Shown here: in pieces, positions 1 through 9,835 of the stretch | Position numbering within the stretch: position 1 is the first letter of the stretch | Layout: each line of letters starts with the position of its first letter | Origin: Candidatus Woesearchaeota archaeon | GTDB taxonomy: Archaea; Nanobdellota; Nanobdellia; SCGC-AAA011-G17; UBA489 | DNA: 62,737 nucleotides | Reading direction: 5' to 3' | Assembly: GCA_018658265.1 (NCBI GenBank) | Contig: JABHVN010000002.1 | Span: 1 to 62,737, forward strand | Position numbers and translations under genes: made by a program | Notes under the pieces: model-generated | What the model saw: only the letters and a program-made list of their open reading frames with translations | Told to the model about the DNA's origin: nothing | The model's database searches: none

Positions 1-2
1 CC

Positions 3-10
3 TTAAAAGA
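3..10 (+). promoter_or_regulatory. TATA-like box (TTAAAAGA) about 26 nt upstream of the tRNA 5' end
   Basis: A/T box at the spacing expected for an archaeal TATA element relative to tRNA position 1 at nt 32; no other support. Confidence 0.3.
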
Positions 11-31
11 GAACTATCAGTCCTATAGCGT

Positions 32-106
32 AGCGAGGTAGGACAGTTAGGAGTGTCCGTCGGGCTCATAACCCGGAGGTCGCTGGTTCAAATCCAGCCC
101 TCGCTA
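32..106 (+). tRNA. tRNA-Met (anticodon CAT), initiator-like
   Basis: Manual cloverleaf: acceptor AGCGAGG/CCTCGCT, D stem GGAC/GTCC, anticodon stem TCGGG/CCCGG with loop CTCATAA, T arm GCTGG-TTCAAAT-CCAGC, discriminator A, 75 nt, no encoded CCA, no intron. The A1:U72 pair and three G:C pairs closing the anticodon stem are archaeal initiator hallmarks. Confidence 0.9.
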
Positions 107-115
107 CTTCTCAAA

Positions 116-1033
116 ATGGAGTTCCCAAAACTAGAAAACAAATTAATCCTAGCCCCTATGGCCGAAGTTTCAACACTTCCATTTAGAATTCTCTGTAAAA
201 AATATGGGGCTTCAATGACATTCACAGAACAAATATCTGCATTAGCAGTTACAAGAGGTTCTGAAAAGACTATTGAAATGGCTTCAACTTCAAAAGAAGA
301 TTCTCCAGTAGGGTTACAATTGTTCGGAAGAAATCCAAAAATATTAGTAGACGCTGCTAAAAAACTTCATAAAAAATTTGACACAGTTGATCTCAATTTG
401 GGATGTCCTTCAAAAAAAATAGTAAAAGAAGGTTATGGTTCAGCATTATTAAAAGAAAAAGATAAAATAAAAGAAATAATAACTGCTTTAGTAAAACATA
501 TTCCCAAACCAATAACAGTTAAGATGCGTTCTGGATTCAAAAAAGAAGAAGCATTAGAAATTGCAAAGGTTATTGAATCTGCAGGATGTTCTGCAATAAC
601 AATTCATGCAAGAACCCAAGAACAGGGTTATTCTGGACATGCAGATTGGAACTTAATAAAAAAATTAAAAGATAATCTATCAATTCCCATAATAGGCAAT
701 GGTGATGTAACAGATCCAATTTCTGCTGAAAAAATGTTAAAAGAAACTGGTTGTGATTACATCATGATTGGACGTGCAGCAAGAAATAATCCTTGGATCT
801 TTAAACAAATTTTACACTATTTTGAAACGGGAGAAATAATTCAACAAAGCATTCAAGAAAAAATAGATTTATTCGATGAATATAAAAAATTAGAAAAAGA
901 TTTTAAACTACTCAAGATGAGATCATTAGACTTCACAAAGGGCATTCCTAATAGTCATCATTTAAGAGATGAGTTAAGTAGAACAAAAAATATTCAAGAA
1001 ATAGAAGAACTATTAAACAAATTAAACAATTGA
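116..1033 (+). CDS. tRNA-dihydrouridine synthase (Dus family, FMN TIM barrel)
   Basis: ORF track 53..1033 (GTG start) trimmed to the first ATG at 116 because 53..106 is the tRNA. Dus motifs LAPMAEVS..PFR, DLNLGCPS (catalytic Cys), ITIHARTQEQ. Confidence 0.85.
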   Translation: MEFPKLENKLILAPMAEVSTLPFRILCKKYGASMTFTEQISALAVTRGSEKTIEMASTSKEDSPVGLQLFGRNPKILVDAAKKLHKKFDTVDLNLGCPSKKIVKEGYGSALLKEKDKIKEIITALVKHIPKPITVKMRSGFKKEEALEIAKVIESAGCSAITIHARTQEQGYSGHADWNLIKKLKDNLSIPIIGNGDVTDPISAEKMLKETGCDYIMIGRAARNNPWIFKQILHYFETGEIIQQSIQEKIDLFDEYKKLEKDFKLLKMRSLDFTKGIPNSHHLRDELSRTKNIQEIEELLNKLNN

Positions 1034-1039
1034 AATAAA

Positions 1040-1687
1040 ATGAAAGTATGTGGGATTGACGAAGCAGGAAGAGGACCAGTAATTGGACCTTTAGTAATGG
1101 CAGGTGTAATGGTTGAAGAAGAAAATGTTCAACAACTAAAAGACATGGGATGTAAAGATTCTAAGATGTTATCAAGAAAGAAGAGAGAAGATCTTTTTGA
1201 TAAAGTTAAGGCAATTTCTCAATACTGCATTCTAATTGTAGAGCCTGCAGAAATTGACGCAGCATTAAACAATCCAGATTTAAACTTAAACAAATTAGAA
1301 GGATTAAAAATAGCAGATATAATTAATAATTTGAATCCTGACAAAGTAATAATTGATGCACCTAGTAACAACATTGAAGCCTTCAAAGAATTTGTAATTC
1401 AATTTACAGAAGATAAAGAAGTTGATATGATTCTAGAACATAAAGCAGATGAAAATTATGCAGTATGTTCAGCAGCCTCAATTCTCGCAAAGGTTACAAG
1501 AGATAGAGAAATTGAAGGATTACAAGATAAACATGGCGACTGCGGTTCAGGTTACCCTAGTGACCCAAAAACAAAACTATTTCTAAAAGAAAATTGGGAT
1601 AAATGTCCAGAAATATTCAGAAAAACTTGGTCAACATATGAAAAAGTTGCTAACACTAAAAAACAAAAAAGTTTAGCAGACTATTAG
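1040..1687 (+). CDS. rnhB: Ribonuclease HII
   Basis: N-terminal GIDEAGRGPVIGPLV motif, DSK, typical ~215 aa length; ends in TAG. Confidence 0.92.
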   Translation: MKVCGIDEAGRGPVIGPLVMAGVMVEEENVQQLKDMGCKDSKMLSRKKREDLFDKVKAISQYCILIVEPAEIDAALNNPDLNLNKLEGLKIADIINNLNPDKVIIDAPSNNIEAFKEFVIQFTEDKEVDMILEHKADENYAVCSAASILAKVTRDREIEGLQDKHGDCGSGYPSDPKTKLFLKENWDKCPEIFRKTWSTYEKVANTKKQKSLADY

Positions 1688-2634
1688 GCTGCAGAAAGAT
1701 CCATTATACCTTCTTGTTTATCCCTTACATAGGAGATTATGTCATGTAGTGGCATTGCATTAACTATTCCTGTAAAATTTCCTTGTGTTTCTCTAAGTTC
1801 TAAACTAGAAGACAACCTTCTAAGATCAGCTTCAGCATTAGAATAACAACTTCTCCAAAAATCTATAGCTTTTGGACTGTCCATAAAATCAAATAATGTA
1901 ACTTTATCTTTATCTTGACCTGTAGGTTTGCCACCCTTATCTGCATTTCCAAAAACATCATAAACATCGTCTCCCATTTGATATGCAATTCCCAAGTTAT
2001 GTCCGAATGATCTTAAAATTTCAATTTCATTTTCGGGCGCACTTCCTGCAATTCCGCCTATAACTGCGGCCGCAGCAAATAAATCTCCAGTTTTTTTACG
2101 ATGTAATTCGATAACCTCATCTAAACTATGGGGGGCGTTGTGTAAATCATCAAATTGTCCAACACACAATCCATCAGCCGCTCTAGCAAATTCAGATTGT
2201 ATGTTAGTTCTCATTTCAGGAGTAAGATATAAATTAGTTGAATTTAATTTTGGAGCAATAGAATTAGTTAGTTCCAATGCAACTAAAACTGCCTTATCAG
2301 TACCATATTTAACATGAAAACTTGCTTCACCATTCCTTGTATTGGAATTGTCCATAAATGGAGCATCATCAAAAATTAAGGAAGCTGCATGAACTAATTC
2401 TGTCCCTGCTGCTGCAGGCATAATATGATTTCTAGGCTCACCATAAACTTCTCCAGACCTAATTGCAATTTGTGGCCTCAATAGTCCGCCTTTTCTTAAG
2501 GCAACCATTTTAATCATTTCGCCCATTTCGCCATCTAAACCAGATAGTTCATTTGTTAAATAACTTCTAATTTCAGTTTTAAGATCTACAGCATTCATCT
2601 GTTTGTCAACCCCCAAAGCGACATATAAGCTCAA
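1684..2634 (-). CDS. trans-polyprenyl diphosphate synthase (GGPP/FPP synthase family)
   Basis: First Asp-rich motif HAASLIFDDAPFMDNSNTRNG and second motif YQMGDDVYDV; the start could instead be the Met at 2598. Confidence 0.85.
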   Translation of the reverse strand: MSLYVALGVDKQMNAVDLKTEIRSYLTNELSGLDGEMGEMIKMVALRKGGLLRPQIAIRSGEVYGEPRNHIMPAAAGTELVHAASLIFDDAPFMDNSNTRNGEASFHVKYGTDKAVLVALELTNSIAPKLNSTNLYLTPEMRTNIQSEFARAADGLCVGQFDDLHNAPHSLDEVIELHRKKTGDLFAAAAVIGGIAGSAPENEIEILRSFGHNLGIAYQMGDDVYDVFGNADKGGKPTGQDKDKVTLFDFMDSPKAIDFWRSCYSNAEADLRRLSSSLELRETQGNFTGIVNAMPLHDIISYVRDKQEGIMDLSAA

Positions 2635-2753
2635 ATATATACGTTTAAAAAGTAGTATGTAGCAATATACTGCTGACTAAGAGCCTAAAACATCAAGATA
2701 GAACAACATTTATAAAAGAAGAAAACTATTCAAAGAAAAAGAAGTGACATATC

Positions 2754-5700
2754 ATGGCTATAATTAAATCTATGAACCTTAAGGGGTTCAAAAGTTTCGC
2801 TAAACCATTAGACTTGCAATTTGGTAAAGGTTTCAACTGCATTATAGGTCCTAACGGTTCAGGTAAATCTAACGTAATGGATGCACTTTGTTTTGTTCTT
2901 GGAAAACTTTCAGCTAAATCAATGCGTGCAGAAAAAAGTTCTAACTTAATTTTTAATGGTGGTAAAAAGGGTTCGCCTCAAAAAGAAGCAGAAGTTTCAA
3001 TAGTTTTTTCAAATGATGATAATGAATTTCCAATTGATGCAGACGAACTAAAAATTACAAGGGTTATAAAAAACACAGGTAATTCTGTTTACAAAATTAA
3101 TGATCAAATATTAACAAGGCAACAAATTCTAGAAGTTTTAGCGGCAGGAAAGATTGATCCAGACGGACATAACATTATCCTTCAAGGAGACATTGTAAGG
3201 TTCATGGAAATGAAGCCATTACAAAGAAAAGAACTCATTGAAGAAATAGCAGGAATTTCAATTTATGAAGATAAAAAAAACAAAGCAATGAATTCATTAA
3301 CAAGGGTCGAATCACAAATAAATGATGTTAGTTTAATTCTAAAAGAACGTGAAGCATACTTAAGAGAACTAAAAAAAGAAAAAGAACAAGCAGAAAAATA
3401 CAGAAAATTAGAAAAAAATATCAAATCGAATAAGGCTACGTACCTTCATGTACAAATAACCGAAAAAGAGAAGAAATTAGATGACGTTAAATCAAAAATA
3501 GCTAAACAAGAGTCCCAATTAAGTAAATTTACTGAAAATGAAAAAGATATTCGTGAAAAAATCTCCACTAAGAAAAAAGAACTACAAGATCTAAATGATG
3601 ATATTGAAGAAAAGGGAGAAAAAGATGCCATTGTCCTTCAAGATGACATAGAGAAGCTTAAAACAGACACTGCTAAAAATACAGAAAGACTTTCTTCATG
3701 TAAATCCGAAGTAAATAAAATATCTGAAAGAAAAAAGCAATTAGAAGTTTCTATAGACGACACTACCAAAACTATCAAGGGCCTTGAAGAAAGTAAAAAA
3801 GAACTTTTAGAAGAAATTAAACTACTAAAAGAAAAAGAAATCAAACAATCTCAAAAAATTAATCAAATTAAGTCCAAATTAGGATATTCTGACAACACTG
3901 AACTAGAAAAAGTAGAAACTATCCTTGATGAAAAATTAAAGAGTTATGAAGACTTCCAATTAAAAAACCAAGAATTACTTCAAAAGAAATTCAAATTAGA
4001 TGCAGAAATAAGTACATTAAATGAAAAAATAAGTTCTGTTGAAAAATTAGAAAAAGATACTAGTTTGCAACAAACTAAGAAAGAAGTTGAAAAGATAGCA
4101 AAAGAACTAGACAAAAGATTAACCGAAGATACTGTTTTATTCTCCCAATTAAAAAAAGTAAAAGAAGATTATTCGATTCTAAATGAAAGGCTTTTCAAAA
4201 TTCAAACTCAAAAAAGCAGCATGAGGGCTTCTGCATCAGTAGATTTGGCAATTAGAAAAATTAAGGAATTAAAAAACCCACAAATATTTGGAACTGTAAG
4301 TGAACTAGGTGAAGTAGAAAAGAAATTCTCAACAGCATTAGAAGTTGCAGCAGGACCAAGAACAAGATCCTTAGTTGTTCAGGATGATAAAGTTGCTGCC
4401 GAATGTATCCGAACATTAAAAGCATCCAGAACAGGTATTGCAACATTCCTTCCAATGAATAAAATAAGAGGAAGACAAGTTACAAGAATAAAAGGTCCAG
4501 GAGTATATGGTTCTGCAATTGAATTAATTGATTTTGACCCAAGATTCAAAGAAATATTCTCCTACGTTTTTTCAAATACCTTAGTTGTAGAAAACATCGA
4601 AACTGCGAGAAAAGTAGGAATAGGCAAGGTTAGAATGGTAACTCTCGAAGGAGACCTTGTAGAAGTTTCAGGTGCAATGAATGGAGGATACAGAACTAAA
4701 AGAATAGGTCTTGGATTCCAAGAAAAGAATTTATCTTCAGATTTAGACAAATTAAGTGAAAAAATTGACAAGGCAGCTGCATTAAAAACTACTTTCGAAA
4801 ACAGAAAATTAGAAAACGAAAATAAAATATCCGAATTAAGAAACCTAAAAGCGCAATTAGAAGCAGAGGTAATCAAACACGAAAGAACTTCTTCAGGAAT
4901 AAGTCTAACAGAATTAAAGAAAGAAAGAGACTCAAATAAAATCAACCCCGTATACCAAGAATTCTCAGAACTTGGAAAGATTATGAGTACATTAAATAAT
5001 GAAATTCAAAAATTAAAAGCGGAAAGAATCAAACTAAAGGGAGATTCAAGTCCTTCCGAAGGAAAAGATGAGTTAGAATCCTCAGAAAGTAGAAGATTAA
5101 AAACAAGAGAAGAAGTTGTTGAAAAGAATACTCAAATAAAAAACATTGAAATACAAATAGCAAATATTTACATTCCAGAAAAAGAAAAAATACACCAGTT
5201 AATAAAAAATTGTGATAAGGAAAAAGAAGAGTTCAAGAAAGAAGTAAAAACATTGGAAGAGCTTCTAAAAGACCAAAGTTCTAGATTAAATAAAAAAGAA
5301 TCAGAAAAATCTAAATTCCAAAAATTATACAAAGATTTATTCTCAAAAAGAAACAAAATAAGTGAAAACATTCAAAAATTAGAGGCAAGTATACTTCTAG
5401 AAGCAAGTAAGGAAAAAACAATCAAAGACAGAATAAATGATCATGCAATCATCAAGGCTAAAGTAACTGCTGAGGTAGAAGCCCTAAACAGTGAATTTGA
5501 AGAGTTTAAGGGTGTACAACTAAGAAGAAGTCACTCCGTAGAAGAACTTAAACTTGAAATTAAGAACTTTGAATCAATGTTAAGCAAAATTGGAAATGTT
5601 AATATGCGTGCTTTAGAAGTATATGAAGAAATATTAAACGAATATACTAAATTAGTTGAAAAAAGAGATAAATTGAGCACAGAAAGAGAAGATGTTCTAA

Positions 5701-6179
5701 CTATGATTACAGAAATTGAAAAAAATAAAAAATCAATTTTCATGAAAACATTCAAAATATTAAACAATAATTTCAGTAGAATATTTTTAACGCTATCAAA
5801 AAAAGGAAATGCTTCTATGGAACTTGAAAACAAAGAAGACCCATTAAGCGGAGGAATAGATATTAGAGTTAGAATAACTGGCAATAAATTCCTAGACATT
5901 AAATCTCTTTCAGGCGGAGAAAAAACAATGGCAGCGTTAGCATTTATTTTTGCAATTCAAGAACATCAACCAATGGCATTTTACCTATTAGATGAAGTAG
6001 ATGCAGCATTGGATAAAAGAAATTCAGAATTACTTTCAGAACTAGTTTCTAAGTATTCAGAAACGGCACAATATATTATGATTTCCCATAATGACAATGT
6101 AATCTCTGAAGCAGACTGTGTATATGGAGTAAGTATGCACGAAACAGGAATCTCTAAAGTAGTAAGTTTAAAATTATAA
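2754..6179 (+). CDS. smc: SMC chromosome segregation ATPase
   Basis: Walker A GPNGSGKSN, two long K/E-rich coiled-coil arms, central hinge, signature LSGGEKT, Walker B LLDEVDAALD, 1141 aa. Confidence 0.95.
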   Translation: MAIIKSMNLKGFKSFAKPLDLQFGKGFNCIIGPNGSGKSNVMDALCFVLGKLSAKSMRAEKSSNLIFNGGKKGSPQKEAEVSIVFSNDDNEFPIDADELKITRVIKNTGNSVYKINDQILTRQQILEVLAAGKIDPDGHNIILQGDIVRFMEMKPLQRKELIEEIAGISIYEDKKNKAMNSLTRVESQINDVSLILKEREAYLRELKKEKEQAEKYRKLEKNIKSNKATYLHVQITEKEKKLDDVKSKIAKQESQLSKFTENEKDIREKISTKKKELQDLNDDIEEKGEKDAIVLQDDIEKLKTDTAKNTERLSSCKSEVNKISERKKQLEVSIDDTTKTIKGLEESKKELLEEIKLLKEKEIKQSQKINQIKSKLGYSDNTELEKVETILDEKLKSYEDFQLKNQELLQKKFKLDAEISTLNEKISSVEKLEKDTSLQQTKKEVEKIAKELDKRLTEDTVLFSQLKKVKEDYSILNERLFKIQTQKSSMRASASVDLAIRKIKELKNPQIFGTVSELGEVEKKFSTALEVAAGPRTRSLVVQDDKVAAECIRTLKASRTGIATFLPMNKIRGRQVTRIKGPGVYGSAIELIDFDPRFKEIFSYVFSNTLVVENIETARKVGIGKVRMVTLEGDLVEVSGAMNGGYRTKRIGLGFQEKNLSSDLDKLSEKIDKAAALKTTFENRKLENENKISELRNLKAQLEAEVIKHERTSSGISLTELKKERDSNKINPVYQEFSELGKIMSTLNNEIQKLKAERIKLKGDSSPSEGKDELESSESRRLKTREEVVEKNTQIKNIEIQIANIYIPEKEKIHQLIKNCDKEKEEFKKEVKTLEELLKDQSSRLNKKESEKSKFQKLYKDLFSKRNKISENIQKLEASILLEASKEKTIKDRINDHAIIKAKVTAEVEALNSEFEEFKGVQLRRSHSVEELKLEIKNFESMLSKIGNVNMRALEVYEEILNEYTKLVEKRDKLSTEREDVLTMITEIEKNKKSIFMKTFKILNNNFSRIFLTLSKKGNASMELENKEDPLSGGIDIRVRITGNKFLDIKSLSGGEKTMAALAFIFAIQEHQPMAFYLLDEVDAALDKRNSELLSELVSKYSETAQYIMISHNDNVISEADCVYGVSMHETGISKVVSLKL

Positions 6180-7244
6180 ATTTTCTTCCACTTTTCTCAT
6201 ATTACCTATTTCTTTAGAATATACTGCAAATAATATGATAATCATTATAATAATTGATAACAAGATGATCTTAAACTTGACAGGGCTCAATCCATAATTA
6301 CTAACTATTGCAGGTTTCTCAGTAAATGGCTCATAGCGTCCAACCACCAATATTTCTGAGTCAACCAGTACATTATTTGCATATCTTACTTCAACACCTA
6401 CAACGTACAATCCATCCCTCACAGGAGGCATAGTCAAAGTCTTATCAAAACTAGATTTATCTCGAATAGTCATAAACTGGGAAGTCCTAATTAATTCATT
6501 ATTTTCAGAATCTTTGATAAAATATATTATTTCCACAACATCTCCGTCAAATCCTGAAAGGTCAACAGAAATCAATATATCTCCCCCAGAATTAATCTGT
6601 TTAAATTCTTCAGGAATACTTAATTCTAAATTTCCTCTTGCATTAATTGAACCAACATTCAGGATGATAGGAACATAACTTTTTAGGCCACTACCACTAG
6701 CAGATAAATAACCCGTTATAACTCCTAAATCCTTACCCATAAATCTAACAGTTACTATTTCTGATTCACCAATAGCAATAGTAATATTTGAAGGATCAAC
6801 AACAATATAATCACTAAGACTTGTACCGAAACTTAATTCAATATCATAATTAGCATTATTTCTCACAACTAACTCTCTTTCAACAATCCCTTTGTAAATC
6901 ATATCTAATTCTAATCTACCTGGATTAAATCCTAGTTTTCCACCTGAAGTCAAAACTTCTCCATCAGTTGTTGCAGCAGCCACTACCTCTGAAGTTGTGT
7001 CATTTGTATCTTCAGTTTCAGCATTGGGATCTTCAGTAACAGTGATATTCAAACTTCCAGCAACATTACCAGTAACATAAGATCTTTCTATTTCATTTTC
7101 GCCAACAACTGCTAAAATCTTAGAAAAATTAATTAACAATAAAATTAATATTACTAAAAATAGAAGAGTAAATGTATTGGTTTTTCTGTAAAAATCATCA
7201 GAATTAAATTTCAAACGTTTACCCCTTCTTTTTGACACACCCAT
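6174..7244 (-). CDS. Envelope protein with N-terminal basic segment plus TM, two beta-rich domains and a C-terminal TM (last gene of the surface island)
   Basis: MGVSKRRGKRLK..LLFLVILILLLINF anchor; beta-sandwich-like segments (LELDMIYKGIVERELVVRNNANYDIELSF; GLYVVGVEVRY); C-terminal IILLSIIIMIIILFAVY helix. No family recognised. Confidence 0.65.
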   Translation of the reverse strand: MGVSKRRGKRLKFNSDDFYRKTNTFTLLFLVILILLLINFSKILAVVGENEIERSYVTGNVAGSLNITVTEDPNAETEDTNDTTSEVVAAATTDGEVLTSGGKLGFNPGRLELDMIYKGIVERELVVRNNANYDIELSFGTSLSDYIVVDPSNITIAIGESEIVTVRFMGKDLGVITGYLSASGSGLKSYVPIILNVGSINARGNLELSIPEEFKQINSGGDILISVDLSGFDGDVVEIIYFIKDSENNELIRTSQFMTIRDKSSFDKTLTMPPVRDGLYVVGVEVRYANNVLVDSEILVVGRYEPFTEKPAIVSNYGLSPVKFKIILLSIIIMIIILFAVYSKEIGNMRKVEENL

Positions 7245-7283
7245 TATAAAAAAATATAGAAATAGATATTAAATACTTTTCTC

Positions 7284-7688
7284 CTAAGGTTTTAGGTATA
7301 TTACCTTTAAATTTCCAGAATAAGTTCCTTTTTCGACACCTGGAGGAAGTTTAAGAACTAATTCTAAATTCTTTTTTTCACCAGCCAAAACCATAAAATC
7401 TGTATCTTCAACATACATATAATCTATCCCAGTAAGCTTAACTTTTACAGATATATCCACATCAGAACTAATAACTATGTCTCTTCTAAGCACCATATCC
7501 CCTCTTGCAGTACCAAAATGTATTGCATCTTCATCAAGATTAATTCCTATATGATCCCCTACAATATAATCCACATCATAAGTTTTGTACCCAATAATTT
7601 TAACATTAATATAAATAAAGAACAATAAAAAAATTAACAAAACAGAAACCAAAATGCCCAAGAGAGTTATTTTATAATTAAATTTCAT
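7284..7688 (-). CDS. Small membrane-anchored protein carrying one copy of the shared beta-sandwich module
   Basis: N-terminal TM (ITLLGILVSVLLIFLLFFIYI). Module motifs AIHFGTARGD, DISVKVKLTG and GTYSGNLKVIY are collinear with 8921..9571 and with the C-terminus of the giant protein; 4-nt overlap with the upstream gene. Confidence 0.65.
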   Translation of the reverse strand: MKFNYKITLLGILVSVLLIFLLFFIYINVKIIGYKTYDVDYIVGDHIGINLDEDAIHFGTARGDMVLRRDIVISSDVDISVKVKLTGIDYMYVEDTDFMVLAGEKKNLELVLKLPPGVEKGTYSGNLKVIYLKP

Positions 7689-8896
7689 TTTCCCAATTTA
7701 TCTTGTAATTGATCCATCTTATTGGAATAATCTTCTTTTTTATCGGATATATGGCCTTTTTTCCTTAAGGTTAACCAAAGAAAATTTGCAAAAATCAAAC
7801 ATACAATTAGAATTCCTGCAACCATTTCTTTTGTAAAGAATTTCTTATCACTGATAACTGAAAAATCAAATTTCTGTATTTTTTCAGAGCCGTTATACTT
7901 TATTGTAACAACCAATTGATAAGCTCCTTGATTAACATTGGAAATATCTAAATAAACAGGTACATTCTTTTCACCAAGAGCTTTCAAATCAAATCCATTT
8001 GAAATAGATCTTTCTGTAATAGGTACGCCATTTTTTTCAATATACGTTTCAATAACTACATCGTTAATAGCAATATTCCATTTATTATCCACAACAAACA
8101 TTAATTTCCTAATTCCTCCAAAAGTTGCATTAAAAGGATATTCAATAACTTCTACATCTTCATATCCAACTTTAAAAGTTATATTTCTATGGTCTGTTTC
8201 AATTCCGTCATAAGTTACAAAAGAGTCTGCAACAAATGTTCCACCGCCAATTTCAGAACTATCTACATTAATTGTCTTTGTAACTTTTACACCTGAAATT
8301 AAAGACGAAGCACTATCTTCAACTTCAAAAAGTTTCTCTTCGGTTGAAGGATCATAGATTATTAAATTAGATTTAAGTCCAAAAATATTTCCTTCTCCCT
8401 TGTTAGCTATATTGAAATTAAAATTCAATTCTTCCCCTTCATTTACATCTTCAACACTCAAACCATATTCTAAATACCTCTCAGGATACGGAACATCAAC
8501 AACAACTCTTGCAACTACCACCAATGAAGCAGATATACCTTCTTTTCTTTCAGTTATTTCTTGATTAACATTTAAATCATGATTAACTGGGCCATGGAGA
8601 TCTAAGCTAGCAGGAAAAGAATATTCTACAATATACTTTGTTGAAGACCCAGCCTTAACTTCTTGTACACCATTAACCATATTAAAATACTCAGAAAAGG
8701 GGCCTCCCAAATTAACTGAAGCATTAACAGATTCATCTCCGTTGTTTATTAGCATAATCTCAAAACTTCCTGCACCGTATGGTTCAAAGGAGATGTAGGT
8801 ATCACTTGGTGCAATTCCCAATGCATTAACTGTAGAAGTAAGAACTAATAAGAAAATTAAATAATTCAACACCTTCTTCATAGTTTTATTAAACAA
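7685..8896 (-). CDS. Secreted multi-domain beta-rich protein with C-terminal TM anchor (paralog of 9836..11041)
   Basis: Signal peptide ending NALGIAP, CARDB-like NIANKGEGNIFGLKSNLIIYDP, C-terminal helix GILIVCLIFANFLWLTL followed by RKKGH. Confidence 0.7.
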   Translation of the reverse strand: MFNKTMKKVLNYLIFLLVLTSTVNALGIAPSDTYISFEPYGAGSFEIMLINNGDESVNASVNLGGPFSEYFNMVNGVQEVKAGSSTKYIVEYSFPASLDLHGPVNHDLNVNQEITERKEGISASLVVVARVVVDVPYPERYLEYGLSVEDVNEGEELNFNFNIANKGEGNIFGLKSNLIIYDPSTEEKLFEVEDSASSLISGVKVTKTINVDSSEIGGGTFVADSFVTYDGIETDHRNITFKVGYEDVEVIEYPFNATFGGIRKLMFVVDNKWNIAINDVVIETYIEKNGVPITERSISNGFDLKALGEKNVPVYLDISNVNQGAYQLVVTIKYNGSEKIQKFDFSVISDKKFFTKEMVAGILIVCLIFANFLWLTLRKKGHISDKKEDYSNKMDQLQDKLGK

Positions 8897-8920
8897 AAAT
8901 AGTTTATAAATTTAACTAGA

Positions 8921-9571
8921 TTAAGCACCTAACGACCTTGCCGTGAACTGTATAAAGTCTCCAGCAGTACCATTAACTGTACTATTCAATGCAATAAGTA
9001 TGGAGATATTAATTTCGTCTGTGAATCCTCCAGCACTAGCATACGAAAAATTAGGACATACTGTTTTTTCTCCAGTGTCCAAATCCTGAGCAATTAATGC
9101 AAAAGCCATGTCTACTGATGCAGCACTATAACAAGACGAATTAGTCCATTTAGTTAAACTTGTATTCTCTAATCGATATTGATAACTTGGAGTGGGAGTG
9201 GAAAATAAATCTAAAGCTGTTTTTGTACTATTTATAGTTAGATTAACATAAACATTTCCATCATTTCTTAACCAAAAAGAAGTTGGACTTGAGAAACCAT
9301 TAGGATTAGCATTAGGTTCAGTGGAATTAATCAGAGTATTACCAGTAGTACTTACATACCCAGTTCCAAAATTAACATTTGAAGCCAATAATGCCACATC
9401 AACAGTTGTAGATACTGTTACATTAACAGATCCAGTTGTTTCATTAATAATATTAAATCCTGTTAATCCGCTAATTCCACCTGTAACAAATAAGATGGTA
9501 GAAATAGATCCAAGAACTACTAATAACGTAAGTAATCCTGTAAAATTTAAAACTCTGTCAGTAATTTTCAT
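8921..9571 (-). CDS. Small N-anchored or secreted, sequon-rich protein consisting of the shared beta-sandwich module
   Basis: N-terminal hydrophobic helix, more than 10 N-x-S/T sequons. Motifs NVNFGTGYV, FWLRNDGNVYVNLTINS and EINISILIAL..GDFIQFTA are collinear with the last ~160 aa of the 2,626-aa protein. Confidence 0.7.
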   Translation of the reverse strand: MKITDRVLNFTGLLTLLVVLGSISTILFVTGGISGLTGFNIINETTGSVNVTVSTTVDVALLASNVNFGTGYVSTTGNTLINSTEPNANPNGFSSPTSFWLRNDGNVYVNLTINSTKTALDLFSTPTPSYQYRLENTSLTKWTNSSCYSAASVDMAFALIAQDLDTGEKTVCPNFSYASAGGFTDEINISILIALNSTVNGTAGDFIQFTARSLGA

Positions 9572-9789
9572 GTGCTTCCCTCTTCAGTTTCAGGATTAGG
9601 TAAAATTTCTATATTAACTTTTGCACCTGTGTTATCTTCATATGATTCTTCTTCTTGATCAACAGTAACAGTATCCTCTTCAACATTACTAACAACTGTC
9701 CAAGTAATTAATAAACTAATAAATATAACTAAAACTAATAATGCAAAAACAAGTTCTCTCTTAACTACCGTCTTTTTCGCCCTAACCAT
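9568..9789 (-). CDS. Small single-pass membrane protein with acidic tail
   Basis: MVRAKKTVVKRE + LVFALLVLVIFISLLITWTV + Glu/Asp-rich tail; 4-nt overlap with the downstream gene suggests translational coupling. Confidence 0.5.
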   Translation of the reverse strand: MVRAKKTVVKRELVFALLVLVIFISLLITWTVVSNVEEDTVTVDQEEESYEDNTGAKVNIEILPNPETEEGST

Positions 9790-9835
9790 TGAACAAAACC
9801 TATTATAATGAATATATAAACTTTGCCATAGTTCT

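Noticed and set aside
53-115. GTG-initiated N-terminal extension of the Dus ORF
   Set aside because: It translates straight through the tRNA-Met gene (32..106). The first ATG at 116 gives a normal Dus N-terminus.
1685-1687. Genome-wide reassignment of TAG as the explanation for the in-frame TAG at 20364
   Set aside because: TAG terminates RNase HII here. It also terminates SOD (26646), the 134-aa (7284) and 401-aa (9836) proteins, and the C-terminal fragment of the KdsC-like gene, each at a sensible C-terminus. TAG is therefore an ordinary stop in this genome.
3446-5899. Six minus-strand ORFs (61-127 aa) inside smc
   Set aside because: They are antisense to an intact, motif-complete SMC gene. 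Their Ser/Phe/Leu-rich low-complexity translations are the mirror image of the K/E-rich coiled coil, so they are spurious.
6174-6179. Shared TTATAA where the smc and 356-aa genes overlap convergently
   Set aside because: The palindromic overlap of two TAA stops is a trivial consequence of genome compaction, not a regulatory feature I can support.
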